In this document: in pieces, positions 8,570 through 17,223 of the stretch | Layout of the letters: every line of letters begins with the position of its first letter | Numbering within the stretch: the stretch's first letter is position 1 | NCBI GenBank assembly: GCA_903943975.1 | Contig: CAJAQB010000021.1 | Location: 26,697-90,696, forward strand | Direction of reading: 5' to 3' | DNA from: Synechococcus lacustris | GTDB taxonomy: Bacteria; Cyanobacteriota; Cyanobacteriia; PCC-6307; Cyanobiaceae | Length of the DNA: 64,000 bases | Notes under the pieces: model-generated | The model's database searches: none | The model's input: the letters and a program-made list of their open reading frames with translations, nothing else | What the model was told of the DNA's origin: nothing | Position numbers and translations under genes: made by a program

Positions 8570-9564
8570 CAGCGAAACATCGAGCTCACGGAACTTTCCG
8601 CATGGATCCGCCAGATCGCTTCCCCCAGCATGTTTGCCACGGAAAGCACCTGCAATTGCGGGAAATGCAGCTCCTTGGCGATCGGAATGCTGTTGGTTAC
8701 CAGCACCTCTTCAAACAGGCCCGGTTCCGAGAGCCGTTCGATCGCCGGTGGTGAAAACACCGCATGGGTGGCGCAGGCGATCACCCGTTCGGCCCCCCGC
8801 TCCCGCAGCAGCCGCGCCCCCTGGCTGATCGTGCCGCCGGTGTCGATCATGTCGTCCACCAGGATCGCCGTTTTGCCCTTCACATCCCCGATCACCGTGA
8901 GGCTTTGGGCCACGTTGTGGGCGGAACGGCGTTTATCAATGATCGCCAGGGGCGCGTCGTCCATGCGTTTGGCAAAGGCCCGGGCCCGGGCCACCCCGCC
9001 CACATCCGGGGAGACCACCACCACTTCGCCCAGGTCGCGGGTGGCCAGGTAATCCACCAGCACCGGTGCCCCGTAGATGTGGTCACAGGGAATATCGAAA
9101 TAGCCCTGCACCTGGGCGGAGTGCAGGTCCATGGCCAGCACCCGGCTTACACCAGCCTCCACCAGCAGGTTGGCCACCAGCTTGGCGGTGATTGATTCAC
9201 GGCCGGCGGTTTTGCGATCAGCCCGGGCATAGCCGTAGTAGGGCACCACGGCGGTGATTTGGCGGGCGGAGGCGCGACGGCAGGCATCCACCATGATCAA
9301 CAGCTCCATCAGGTGATCATTCACCGGAGCACAGGTGGGTTGCAGCAGGAACACATCACAGCCGCGGATTGATTCCTGGATCTGGATGTAGAGCTCGCCA
9401 TCGGCAAAGCGTTTGCTTACCCGCGGGCCATCGGGAATGCCCAGATAGCTGGAGATTTCACTGGCCAGCGCTGGGTTGGAATTGCCGCTAAACAGCCGCA
9501 GCCGCTGGCCATCGCCGGAGGGGCAGGTTTGGCTGATTCTTTCGGTGGCCACGAAACTGGTCAC
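8569..9564 (-). CDS. prs: Ribose-phosphate pyrophosphokinase
   Basis: 'RLRLFSGNSNPALASEI', 'DLHSAQVQGYFDIP' and 'VVVSPDVGGVARARAFA' are Prs motifs. GTG at 9564 gives a 331-aa protein; the track's 424-aa form has a P/A/S-rich non-homologous extension. Confidence 0.92.
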   Translation of the reverse strand: MTSFVATERISQTCPSGDGQRLRLFSGNSNPALASEISSYLGIPDGPRVSKRFADGELYIQIQESIRGCDVFLLQPTCAPVNDHLMELLIMVDACRRASARQITAVVPYYGYARADRKTAGRESITAKLVANLLVEAGVSRVLAMDLHSAQVQGYFDIPCDHIYGAPVLVDYLATRDLGEVVVVSPDVGGVARARAFAKRMDDAPLAIIDKRRSAHNVAQSLTVIGDVKGKTAILVDDMIDTGGTISQGARLLRERGAERVIACATHAVFSPPAIERLSEPGLFEEVLVTNSIPIAKELHFPQLQVLSVANMLGEAIWRIHAESSVSSMFR

Positions 9565-9625
9565 GGCACTCCCGGCAGCGGTCTCGAGATCCGATGGTAG
9601 AAGCGTGCCTGCGCTTCTGACCGCC

Positions 9626-10084
9626 ATGGGCTGCTTTGTTTTATGTGGTGCCCATGGCAACGGGGTGCTGCTGCCCCTCGCCCAGGCCTGGGCGCAGCAG
9701 GAACAGCAAGCCCTGCAGTTGCTTGATTCCACTGCCCCCCCGGAAGCCCAGCTCGATGGCGCAGCCAACGGCCTGCTGGTGTTGCCCGCCGCCGCCGAGC
9801 TGGTGGATTGGGTGGAGGCCTTTGCCGCCTTTCGTTTGCCCACGCTGCTGGCCCTGGCGGGGGGGCCGCGGCTAGGGGCGGAGGCGGCCCTGCACCAGGC
9901 CCTGCTGAGCCAGCGGCGGGTGCCACTGCTGGGGCTGCTGCAGGTGGGTGGTGATTGGCAACCCCAGCAGCGGCGGCGGGAGCCTTTGCCCTGGCTGGGT
10001 TATTGGCAGCCGGAGGACCGTGACGGTTTGCTGGAACTGCGGCCGCTGCTGCAGCAACGGCTGCGGCAGCTGGACCTGGATTAG
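9626..10084 (+). CDS. Hypothetical protein; short, P-loop-less BioD (dethiobiotin synthetase)-like sequence
   Basis: ATG 9626 gives 152 aa. 'FVLCGAHGNGV' sits where BioD has FVTGTDTxVGKT. 'LPTLLALAGGPRLGAEAALHQALLSQRRVPLLGLLQ' resembles BioD 'LPVILVVGVKLGCINHAMLT...GLTLAGWVA'. The match is by eye only. Confidence 0.45.
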   Translation: MGCFVLCGAHGNGVLLPLAQAWAQQEQQALQLLDSTAPPEAQLDGAANGLLVLPAAAELVDWVEAFAAFRLPTLLALAGGPRLGAEAALHQALLSQRRVPLLGLLQVGGDWQPQQRRREPLPWLGYWQPEDRDGLLELRPLLQQRLRQLDLD

Positions 10085-11292
10085 GGCTTGGCCCGCCAGT
10101 CTTGGCCCAGCAGCACTTGCACACTGGCCCCCGGGGCCCTAGGGCCCCGCTGCAATTCCCCCAGCCCCAGCGCCTTGCGCACCGCCAGGGCCTGCTTCAG
10201 GTCGCTGCCGTGGCGGATCAGGGTGCGGGGCAGGGGCAGCTCCAGGGGGGTGGGGCTCAGCAGTGGCGCCAGGCCGGCCAGTTCCAGCCGTTGGATCGCC
10301 GCATCACTGGCGGCTTGATTGGCTGGGCCCAGGCTCGCTTCCACATGCACAGTGCCCTGGGCGGGGTCGGGGCGCTGGGCCTGGCGCCAGTGCTCCAGCA
10401 GCGCTTCAGCGCTGTTTTGCTCCAGGCGGGGCTGGCCGGGGGGGGGCGTGAGCGGCAGGCGGCTGATCACAATCCGGTCGGGATCCCGCAGGCCTGCGGC
10501 CAGCAGGCTGAGCATTTCCCCCTGGGAAAGGTTGGTATCTAGCTGCTTTTGCAGCTTGCTGAGTAGGCCGGCCAGGCCGGGGGCAACGCTGGCATCGCTG
10601 AGCCGGTCCACCAGGGGCAGCAGCAGCTGTTGTTGCCGTTGGCGCCGGCCGGCGTCGCCCGGATCAGGCCCCTTAAAGCGCAGCAGCTGCTCCAGTTCGC
10701 TGCCCCCCAGCCATTGCTGGCCCGCCTGGAGGTTGATCTTGAGCTTGCCCGCCTTGTCTTGGTAGCGCAGGGGGGAATCGAGGCCAAAGGGCAGGCCGCC
10801 GATGGCCGCCACCGCCTGGCGCAGGGCCGCCCGGGGCAGCAGCAGATAGCGGTCGGGCGGTTGGGGGTTGCCCTCGCCGCCCACCAGTTGACCCACCACC
10901 TCAGCGGTGAGGGCAACGCCGCCGAGCCGATGCAGGGCGGCCAGGGGCTGGAGCCGCCGTTGGCCCGGCAGTTGCACGGCCAGCTCGCTGGGCAGCTGCA
11001 ACAGCTCCAGCCCCCCCTCCGGATGCACCCGGGCCAGCCAGAGCAGCTGCACCTCCCCCCGGCGGCCCTGCTGGAGGTTGTCGCTGTCTAGCCCCATAAG
11101 CAGCACCGTTTCGGCGCGGCCGGGGGGGTCGGCCAGGCGGGCGATGGCGGGGCGCTCGTCTTGGGCCTGGGGCGATTGCCCGCGGGGAAAGAGCCGTTCC
11201 CCCAGCCAGATCCCGGCCAGCAAGCCGAGACCGGCGCAACCGATCCTCCAAAAAATGCGGCTACGGCGACGGAGGTGAGCCCAGGTGCCCAT
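10081..11292 (-). CDS. LytR-CpsA-Psr (LCP) family envelope protein
   Basis: One N-terminal TM (IGCAGLGLLAGIWLG). 'VLLMGLDSD...QLLWLARV...LQLPSELAV' and 'PLRYQDKAGKLKINLQAGQQWLGGSELEQLLRF' fit the LCP domain. ATG 11292 avoids overlap with the divergent gene. Confidence 0.7.
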   Translation of the reverse strand: MGTWAHLRRRSRIFWRIGCAGLGLLAGIWLGERLFPRGQSPQAQDERPAIARLADPPGRAETVLLMGLDSDNLQQGRRGEVQLLWLARVHPEGGLELLQLPSELAVQLPGQRRLQPLAALHRLGGVALTAEVVGQLVGGEGNPQPPDRYLLLPRAALRQAVAAIGGLPFGLDSPLRYQDKAGKLKINLQAGQQWLGGSELEQLLRFKGPDPGDAGRRQRQQQLLLPLVDRLSDASVAPGLAGLLSKLQKQLDTNLSQGEMLSLLAAGLRDPDRIVISRLPLTPPPGQPRLEQNSAEALLEHWRQAQRPDPAQGTVHVEASLGPANQAASDAAIQRLELAGLAPLLSPTPLELPLPRTLIRHGSDLKQALAVRKALGLGELQRGPRAPGASVQVLLGQDWRAKP

Positions 11293-11386
11293 GCATGGCA
11301 ACGGTGGAGCCGCCAGTGTGCCCGATAGTTTGGGGCTTGACCGTAGTTGCTTTGTGACGCCAGCCCCCCACCTGCGGGCCCGCCCC

Positions 11387-12547
11387 ATGGCCCGCGGCAG
11401 CCTGCGGCCCGCCAAGGATCTCTGCAGCGACTGCGGCCTCTGCGATAGCCGCTGGGTGGCCTACGTGCGCCAGGCCTGTGCCTTTTTGCACCAGCAATTT
11501 GAGCGCATGGAGGAGCGGGCCCATGGCCGCAGCCGCCACCTGGCCAACGAAGACGAGTTGTATTTCGGCGTGTTCCAGCGCATGGTTTGCGCCCGCAGGC
11601 AAAGCCCCCTGGAGGGGGCCCAGTGGACGGGGATTGTGAGCAGCCTGGGGGAACGGGCCCTGGAGCAGGGCCTGGTGGATGCGGTGCTTTGCGTGCAGCA
11701 GAGCCCCAGCGATCGCTTCACGCCGGTGCCGGTGCTGGCCCGCACCCCCGAGCAGGTGCGGGCCGCCCGGGTGAATAAACCAACCCTTTCCAACAACCTC
11801 TCGGTGTTGGAACAGTTGCCCGGCAGTGGCATCCGCCGCCTCCTGGCCATTGGCGTGGGCTGCCAGGTGCAGGCCCTGCGCGAGGTGCAAGCCAGCCTGG
11901 GGCTGGAGGAGTTGTATGTGCTTGGCCTGCCCTGTGTGGACAACGTCAGCAGGGAAGGCCTGCAGACCTTTTTGGAATCCACCAGCCGTTCGCCGGCCAC
12001 GGTGGTGCACTACGAGTTCATGCAGGATTTCCGGATTCACTTCCGCCATAGCGACGGCAGCACTGAAACGGTGCCCTTCTTTGGGCTCGATACACCGCGT
12101 CTTAAGGAGGTGTTTGCCCCCAGTTGCCTCAGTTGTTTTGACTATGTGAACGCCGGCGCTGATCTGGTGGTGGGCTACATGGGGGCCCCCTTCGCCTGGC
12201 AATGGCTGGTGGTGCGCAATGACCGCGGCCAGCGGCTGCTGGACCTGGTGGAGGCCGAACTGGAACTGCAAGCGGTTACCAGTGCCGGTGACCGGCGCCA
12301 GGCGGTGCAACAGGGGATCGAGGCCTACGACAAGGCGCTGCGGCTACCGCTTTGGCTGGCGGAGCTGATCGGTTTCTTTGTGCAGCGGCTGGGGCCCAAG
12401 GGGCTGGAGTATGCGCGTTTCTCCATCGACTCCCACTTCACCCGTAATGCCCTCTGGTTGCGGCGCCATCATCCGGAGAAGCTGGAAGCGCACCTGCCCA
12501 GCTTTGCCAAGGAAATTGTGAGTCGTTATCGCCTGCCTAAGCCATGA
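11387..12547 (+). CDS. FrhB-family Fe-S flavoprotein (BciB divinyl reductase / 7-hydroxymethyl-chlorophyll reductase-like)
   Basis: It has an N-terminal Cys cluster (CSDCGLCDS...C) and an F420-hydrogenase-beta-like core (GIVSSLGERALEQGLVDAVLCVQ, GVGCQVQALR, GLPCVDN). The ATG at 11387 was chosen. Confidence 0.7.
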   Translation: MARGSLRPAKDLCSDCGLCDSRWVAYVRQACAFLHQQFERMEERAHGRSRHLANEDELYFGVFQRMVCARRQSPLEGAQWTGIVSSLGERALEQGLVDAVLCVQQSPSDRFTPVPVLARTPEQVRAARVNKPTLSNNLSVLEQLPGSGIRRLLAIGVGCQVQALREVQASLGLEELYVLGLPCVDNVSREGLQTFLESTSRSPATVVHYEFMQDFRIHFRHSDGSTETVPFFGLDTPRLKEVFAPSCLSCFDYVNAGADLVVGYMGAPFAWQWLVVRNDRGQRLLDLVEAELELQAVTSAGDRRQAVQQGIEAYDKALRLPLWLAELIGFFVQRLGPKGLEYARFSIDSHFTRNALWLRRHHPEKLEAHLPSFAKEIVSRYRLPKP

Positions 12548-13950
12548 GTCGCCTGCGTGAATTGCTGGGCGGCCAGCGGGCGGTGGGGGTGCTCCTGCAC
12601 CTCAGCTCCCTGCCGGGCCCTGCCCCCAGCGGTGGTTTTGGCGCCAGTGCCTTCGAATGGCTGGATCTGCTGGCCCAGCACCAGGTGGGGGTGTGGCAGG
12701 TGTTGCCCCTGGCCCCCACCGACAGCACCGGTTCCCCCTACAGCTCCCCCAGTGGTTTTGCCCTCAACCCCCAGTTTCTAGACCCGGACCAGCCCCTGCC
12801 GGCCTGGACCCTCGAGCAGCGCCTGGCCTTTGACCAGTGGCGCCGGCAACAACGCCATTGGTTGGTGGACCACTGCCGCTTCATGGTGCTGCGGGAACGG
12901 TTTGGCGAGGGGCCCTGGTGGCAGTGGCCGGAGCCGCTGCAGCGGCGCTCGGCGGCGGCCCTGGCGGAGCTAGATCGCCAGGCCGCTGGGCCCCTGCGCC
13001 AGGAGGCCGAACGCCAGTGGTGGCTCCAGCAGCAGTGGCAACGGATTCGCCAGCACGCCAGCGCCCAGGGGGTGCAACTGCTGGGCGATCTGCCCTTTTA
13101 CGGCGCCCACGACAGTGCCGATGTGTGGAGTAACCCCCAGCTGTTCAGCCTGGGGCCCAACGGCAGCCTTAGCCAGCAGAGCGGTGTGCCCCCGGATTAT
13201 TTCGCCGCCACCGGCCAGCTCTGGTCAACCCCGGTGTATCGCTGGGGCCGCCATCGCCTCACGGGCTTCCGTTGGTGGCTGCGGCGCCTGGAACGCCAGT
13301 TGGAACTGTTTGACCTGTTGCGCCTCGACCATTTCCGCGCCTTCAGCGCCTACTGGAGCGTGCCGGGGGCGGATGCCACCGCCGAACATGGCACTTGGCA
13401 GTCGTCCCCGGGGGCGGCGATCATCAGCCGCCTGCAGAAGCGCCGGGGCGGCAGCCTGCCCCTGGTGGCGGAAGACCTGGGCGTAATCACGCCCGATGTG
13501 GAAGCCCTGCGCGATCGCTTTCAGCTGCCGGGCATGAAGGTGTTGCAATTCGCCTTTGAGGGCGACCCCAGCAACATCTATCTGCCCCAGAACTTCGGCA
13601 GTGGCTCCTGGGTGGTGTACACCGGCACCCACGACAACGCCACCGCCCTGGGCTGGTGGCAGGGGCAATCGGCCGAGGCCCGGGCCCAGATGGAGGCAAT
13701 TCTTGGCCATGGGGTGCAGGCGCCGGGTTGGGAGCTGCTGCGGCTGGCCCTGGCTTCCACCGCTGATCTGGCGATGGTGCCGCTCCAAGACCTGCTCAGC
13801 CTCGATGATCGGGCCCGTTTCAATACCCCTGGCACCGCCTCGGGTAACTGGAGCTGGCGGCTGGAGGGCTCGATCAATGGCCTCGCCGGCCACCTCAGCG
13901 GCCTCGCCGCCATGGCCAGGGTTTACGGCAGGGGCCGCAGCTCGGGGTAA
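12544..13950 (+). CDS. malQ: 4-alpha-glucanotransferase (GH77, amylomaltase)
   Basis: 'GVLLHLSSLPG', 'WQVLPLAPTD..GSPYSSPSGFALNP', 'LLRLDHFRAF', 'LVAEDLGVITPDV' and 'YTGTHDN' are GH77 motifs. ATGA overlap with the upstream gene. Confidence 0.9.
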   Translation: MSRLRELLGGQRAVGVLLHLSSLPGPAPSGGFGASAFEWLDLLAQHQVGVWQVLPLAPTDSTGSPYSSPSGFALNPQFLDPDQPLPAWTLEQRLAFDQWRRQQRHWLVDHCRFMVLRERFGEGPWWQWPEPLQRRSAAALAELDRQAAGPLRQEAERQWWLQQQWQRIRQHASAQGVQLLGDLPFYGAHDSADVWSNPQLFSLGPNGSLSQQSGVPPDYFAATGQLWSTPVYRWGRHRLTGFRWWLRRLERQLELFDLLRLDHFRAFSAYWSVPGADATAEHGTWQSSPGAAIISRLQKRRGGSLPLVAEDLGVITPDVEALRDRFQLPGMKVLQFAFEGDPSNIYLPQNFGSGSWVVYTGTHDNATALGWWQGQSAEARAQMEAILGHGVQAPGWELLRLALASTADLAMVPLQDLLSLDDRARFNTPGTASGNWSWRLEGSINGLAGHLSGLAAMARVYGRGRSSG

Positions 13951-14540
13951 AGCTTTAGCAGCTGTTGCAGGGCGTTGTCTTGGCGTTTGGTGGGGCTGGC
14001 GCTGGGGGGGATTGGCTGCAGGCTGAACACCTGGGCCGCCGCCAGTTGGCGTTGCTGCAGGTTTAGCCCATAAACCAACCCGGCCAGCAGCAGCCCATAG
14101 GCAACCGTGCTCTGCCAGGTGCTGAACAGTTCGATTGAACTGAGGGTGAAACGCTTCAGGGCACTGTTGTCGCCCCCCCGTTGGTTTGGTTTGGGGGGCA
14201 GGGCGGCCTTGAGCGCCTTTTCCAATTCCCCGGCGGGTAGCTCCAGCCGTTGGGTCAGTTTCTGCAGGATCGTGCCCAGGAAGGCGGCCTCCGGCAGCCG
14301 GTCGGTCCAGCCCTGCTCAAGGGCCTCCAGCACTGCGGTGCTCACCTTGGTGTCTAGGGCCAGCTGGCGCCGGCTCAAGCCCAACTCCTCGCGGCGGGCC
14401 TCCAGCCGGTGGCCCAATTCCTGCAGGGGCGTTTCCGTGGCTATGGGGGTAGGGGCCCCAGGGCCCCCGGCCAGCCCTTCGCTGGCGGCTGGCTGGTACC
14501 GCTGCAGCAGCGCGTTTAGCCGGGCGCGGAGCCGTGCCAT
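13923..14540 (-). CDS. HTH (Xre-like) + TM protein, RodZ-like
   Basis: The HTH segment reads LGLSRRQLALDTKVSTAVLEALEQG. The C-terminal TM reads VAYGLLLAGLVYGL. The 3' end overlaps malQ convergently by 28 nt. Confidence 0.6.
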   Translation of the reverse strand: MARLRARLNALLQRYQPAASEGLAGGPGAPTPIATETPLQELGHRLEARREELGLSRRQLALDTKVSTAVLEALEQGWTDRLPEAAFLGTILQKLTQRLELPAGELEKALKAALPPKPNQRGGDNSALKRFTLSSIELFSTWQSTVAYGLLLAGLVYGLNLQQRQLAAAQVFSLQPIPPSASPTKRQDNALQQLLKLYPELRPLP

Positions 14541-14559
14541 GGGGGAAGAGATTTTTCGA

Positions 14560-15321
14560 TTAAGCCTGGGGGGATTCTGCTGGACCTTGGTCTCCCAGCA
14601 GCAGCAGCTCCAGGGCAGCCTCCTCCTCCGGGTGCAGGGGGCGCCAGGCGCCCGGGGCCAGCTCCCCTAGGGCCACGGGCCCCACCGCCAGCCGTTGCAG
14701 GTCCAGCACCGGATGGCCCAGTAGCTCGGCGGTGCGCCGGATCTGGCGGTTGCGGCCCTCCCGCATTACTAGCTCCAGCAGGGTGCGATCCCCGGCCTGG
14801 TGCAGTTGCTGGATCAGCACCGGCCGGCTGGCGACGCCATCGAGGGGCAACCCCCGGCGCCAGCGTTCGAGGCTGGCGGGGCTGGGTTTGCCCCTTACCC
14901 AAACTTCATAGGTCTTGGGGTGGCTGTAGCGGGGATGGGTGAGCCCCAGGGTGAGGGCACCGTTGTTGCTGAGCAGCAACGCCCCATGGCTTTCGGAATC
15001 GAGGCGCCCCACCGGGTGCAGGCCCAGGCCCCGGGCCAGCCGCGGCGGCAGCAACTCCAGCACCGTGGGGCGGCCGGCCGGGTCGTAGCAGGTGGAGTGC
15101 ACCCCCCGGGGCTTGTGCAGCAGCACGGTGAGCGGCGTGGCCGCCGCTGGCAGGGGCTGACCATTCAGCAACACCTCATCCAGCAGGGGATCGGCCTGGT
15201 CCCCTAGAACCGCCCGCTTGCCGTTTACCTTTACCCGCCCCTGCACCAGCAGCTCCTCGGCCCGCCGCCGCGAGCAAATGCCGGCCGCAGCCAATAGTTT
15301 CTGTAGCCGTTGGCGGGCCAT
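14560..15321 (-). CDS. Pseudouridine synthase, RsuA/RluB family (S4 + PseudoU_synth_2)
   Basis: The S4 domain reads RLQKLLAAAGICSRRRAEELLVQGRVKVNG. The catalytic motif is 'HPVGRLDSESHGALLLSNNG'. Confidence 0.85.
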   Translation of the reverse strand: MARQRLQKLLAAAGICSRRRAEELLVQGRVKVNGKRAVLGDQADPLLDEVLLNGQPLPAAATPLTVLLHKPRGVHSTCYDPAGRPTVLELLPPRLARGLGLHPVGRLDSESHGALLLSNNGALTLGLTHPRYSHPKTYEVWVRGKPSPASLERWRRGLPLDGVASRPVLIQQLHQAGDRTLLELVMREGRNRQIRRTAELLGHPVLDLQRLAVGPVALGELAPGAWRPLHPEEEAALELLLLGDQGPAESPQA

Positions 15322-16419
15322 TCAGTTCTCCGCCGGTAGGGCCAGCAGCAGCTGGGCGCCGCCCTCGGCGTGGTTGCGGGCCCGGATCCGGCCCCCATGG
15401 GCGCTGATGATCTGTTCAACGATCGCTAGCCCAAGGCCGCTGCCCACCCGTTTGCCCCGGGAGCGGGAGGGATCACCCCGGTAAAAGCGTTGAAACATGT
15501 GCTGCAAATCTTCTTCGCTGAAACCTTCCCCCTGGTCGCGCACCTCGATGCGTTGCCAGTTGCCTTCACGGTAGAGGCGCACCTGGATCTCCCCCTGGTC
15601 GGGGCTGAACCGCAGGGCGTTGTCGAGCAGGTTGAGCAGCACCCGGTGTAGACGGGCGGTGTCGCCCCGCACCAGGTGCTGGCCGCCACTATCTAAAACC
15701 AGATCCACCCCCCTTTGTTCGGCCAGGGGCACCAGGCTTTGCCAGGCCTGGATCACCAGTTCATGCAATTCAACGGCTACGAGTTGATCGTCGTTGTTGA
15801 GTGATTTGTTTTCAATGCGGCTGAGTTCAAGCAGGTCGGAAACCAATTGCTGTAATCGATTCAACTCCCGCTGCAGCCGTTCGATCTGAATCGCCTGCTT
15901 TTTATTCGGGCTAACGGCGAGGGATTCGGTCACTAGGGCCAGGGCGGTGAGCGGCGTCCGCAGCTCATGGGCCACATCACTCACCCAGCGCTCCTGCTGC
16001 TGTTGCAGCACCTCAAGCGATTGACGACTTTGCAGAAACACCCCCACCCAGCCCCGTTCCCCAGGCATGGCAAAGGCTTCCAGTGGTTCGTTTTTGATTG
16101 GCTCCGGCTCCAGGGGCGAGGCACTCACGGCCGTGTAGGTCCAGTGCACCCGTTGCTGTCGGCCGCTGCTACGGGCCGCCTGCACCGCCTCCTCCAGCTG
16201 GTGGCAGCGCACCACCTCCAGCAGGTAGCGGCCTTGGCTGGCCTGGTCTGGGCCGATGCGCAGCAGCCGTCGCGCCCGGCCATTGAGGTGCTGCAGGCGG
16301 TTCCAGGGGTCGAGCACCAGCAGCCCCTGGGGGGAGTTGTCGAGCCAGTCGAGCAGCTGGGCGGCCTTGATTGGACTGCGTCGCCAGCCTTGCAAGAGGT
16401 GCTTTAAGCCAGGAATCAT
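15322..16419 (-). CDS. Soluble PAS-histidine kinase (PhoR-like architecture)
   Basis: No TM segment. It has a PAS-like N-terminus, H-box '[12 protein letters not shown]', and N/G boxes 'LLNLLDNALRFS', 'DQGEGF' and 'GSGLGLAIV'. It overlaps the upstream response-regulator gene by 4 nt. Confidence 0.85.
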   Translation of the reverse strand: MIPGLKHLLQGWRRSPIKAAQLLDWLDNSPQGLLVLDPWNRLQHLNGRARRLLRIGPDQASQGRYLLEVVRCHQLEEAVQAARSSGRQQRVHWTYTAVSASPLEPEPIKNEPLEAFAMPGERGWVGVFLQSRQSLEVLQQQQERWVSDVAHELRTPLTALALVTESLAVSPNKKQAIQIERLQRELNRLQQLVSDLLELSRIENKSLNNDDQLVAVELHELVIQAWQSLVPLAEQRGVDLVLDSGGQHLVRGDTARLHRVLLNLLDNALRFSPDQGEIQVRLYREGNWQRIEVRDQGEGFSEEDLQHMFQRFYRGDPSRSRGKRVGSGLGLAIVEQIISAHGGRIRARNHAEGGAQLLLALPAEN

Positions 16420-17153
16420 CCGAAGCGGTAACCGAAACCGCGCACCGTGAGGATCAAGGTGGGGGCGCTGGGGTTGATTTCAAGCTTTTCCCGCAGCCAG
16501 CGGATATGCACATCCACTGTTTTGCTATCGCCCATGAAGTCATGGCCCCACACCCGTTCCAGCAACTTGTCGCGGCTCCAAACCCGTTTGGGGTTTTGCA
16601 TGAACACCTCCAGTAGCCGGTATTCCTTGGGGGAAAGATTCACCTCCTTGCTGTCGCGGGTGACCCGGCATTCCTCCGGGTAGAGGCTGAGGTAGCCATG
16701 GCTGATCACCTCACCGGTGGACCCATCGTTGTTTTGGCTAGAGCGGCGCAGCAGGGCCCGGCAGCGGGCCACCAGCTCCCGCATGCCAAAGGGCTTGATC
16801 AGGTAGTCGTCGGCGCCCACCTCCAGACCCACCACCCGGTCGGTTTCCGTGTCGCGGGCACTCACCACCAGGATCGGGATTGAGAAACCGCGGCGGCGCA
16901 CATAGCGGCAAATGTCTAGGCCACTCACCCCCGGCAACATCAAATCGAGCAGAATCAGATCAAAGGGCTGCTGTTCAGGCGAGCCCTTGAAGTGATCTAG
17001 GGCGCCGTTGCCGGTGGCCACCGCATCCACCGTGAAGCCCTCGGCGCTGAGCGCTTCGCTGATGGTTTCGCGGATGGTGTCGTCGTCTTCCACCACTAGG
17101 AGCCGGGCTGGGGAGGCCTGGGAAGGCGGGCTAACAGCCACTGGGTGGGGCAC
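16416..17153 (-). CDS. OmpR/PhoB-family response regulator
   Basis: The receiver reads LLVVEDDD...DLILLDLMLPG...ARD..D...GLEVGADDYLIKPF. The winged-helix output reads LSPKEYRLLEVF...VDVHIRWLREKLE...TVRGFGYRF. Confidence 0.9.
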   Translation of the reverse strand: MPHPVAVSPPSQASPARLLVVEDDDTIRETISEALSAEGFTVDAVATGNGALDHFKGSPEQQPFDLILLDLMLPGVSGLDICRYVRRRGFSIPILVVSARDTETDRVVGLEVGADDYLIKPFGMRELVARCRALLRRSSQNNDGSTGEVISHGYLSLYPEECRVTRDSKEVNLSPKEYRLLEVFMQNPKRVWSRDKLLERVWGHDFMGDSKTVDVHIRWLREKLEINPSAPTLILTVRGFGYRFG

Positions 17154-17223
17154 ACAGATGCACCTTGATCTTAATCAAAGTGATTGGGAGTCCTTTGCTG
17201 TTCCCAAGGGCACCAAGGGAAGT

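Noticed and set aside
9565-9843. 5' over-extensions of real genes in the ORF track: prs to 9843, ABC1 kinase to 19645, lysA from 28428, HlyD from 42255, recD to 61241, LCP to 11415, FrhB-like from 11285
   Set aside because: The extensions are low-complexity, overlap neighbouring genes, and precede the point where homology to the family begins. Internal ATG/GTG starts give family-typical lengths and 4-nt overlaps.
13923-13950. Convergent 3'-end overlaps: malQ/RodZ-like 28 nt, mgtC/68-aa ORF 28 nt, cdsA/DUF2993-like 4 nt
   Set aside because: These are common in compact genomes. The identical 28-nt length appears coincidental, and no shared sequence was found.
15322-17153. Naming the two-component pair PhoR/PhoB (SphS/SphR)
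   Set aside because: The architecture (soluble PAS-HK downstream of an OmpR-type RR) fits marine-cyanobacterial PhoBR. But there are no pst/phoA neighbours or Pho boxes that I can verify, so the generic family names are kept.
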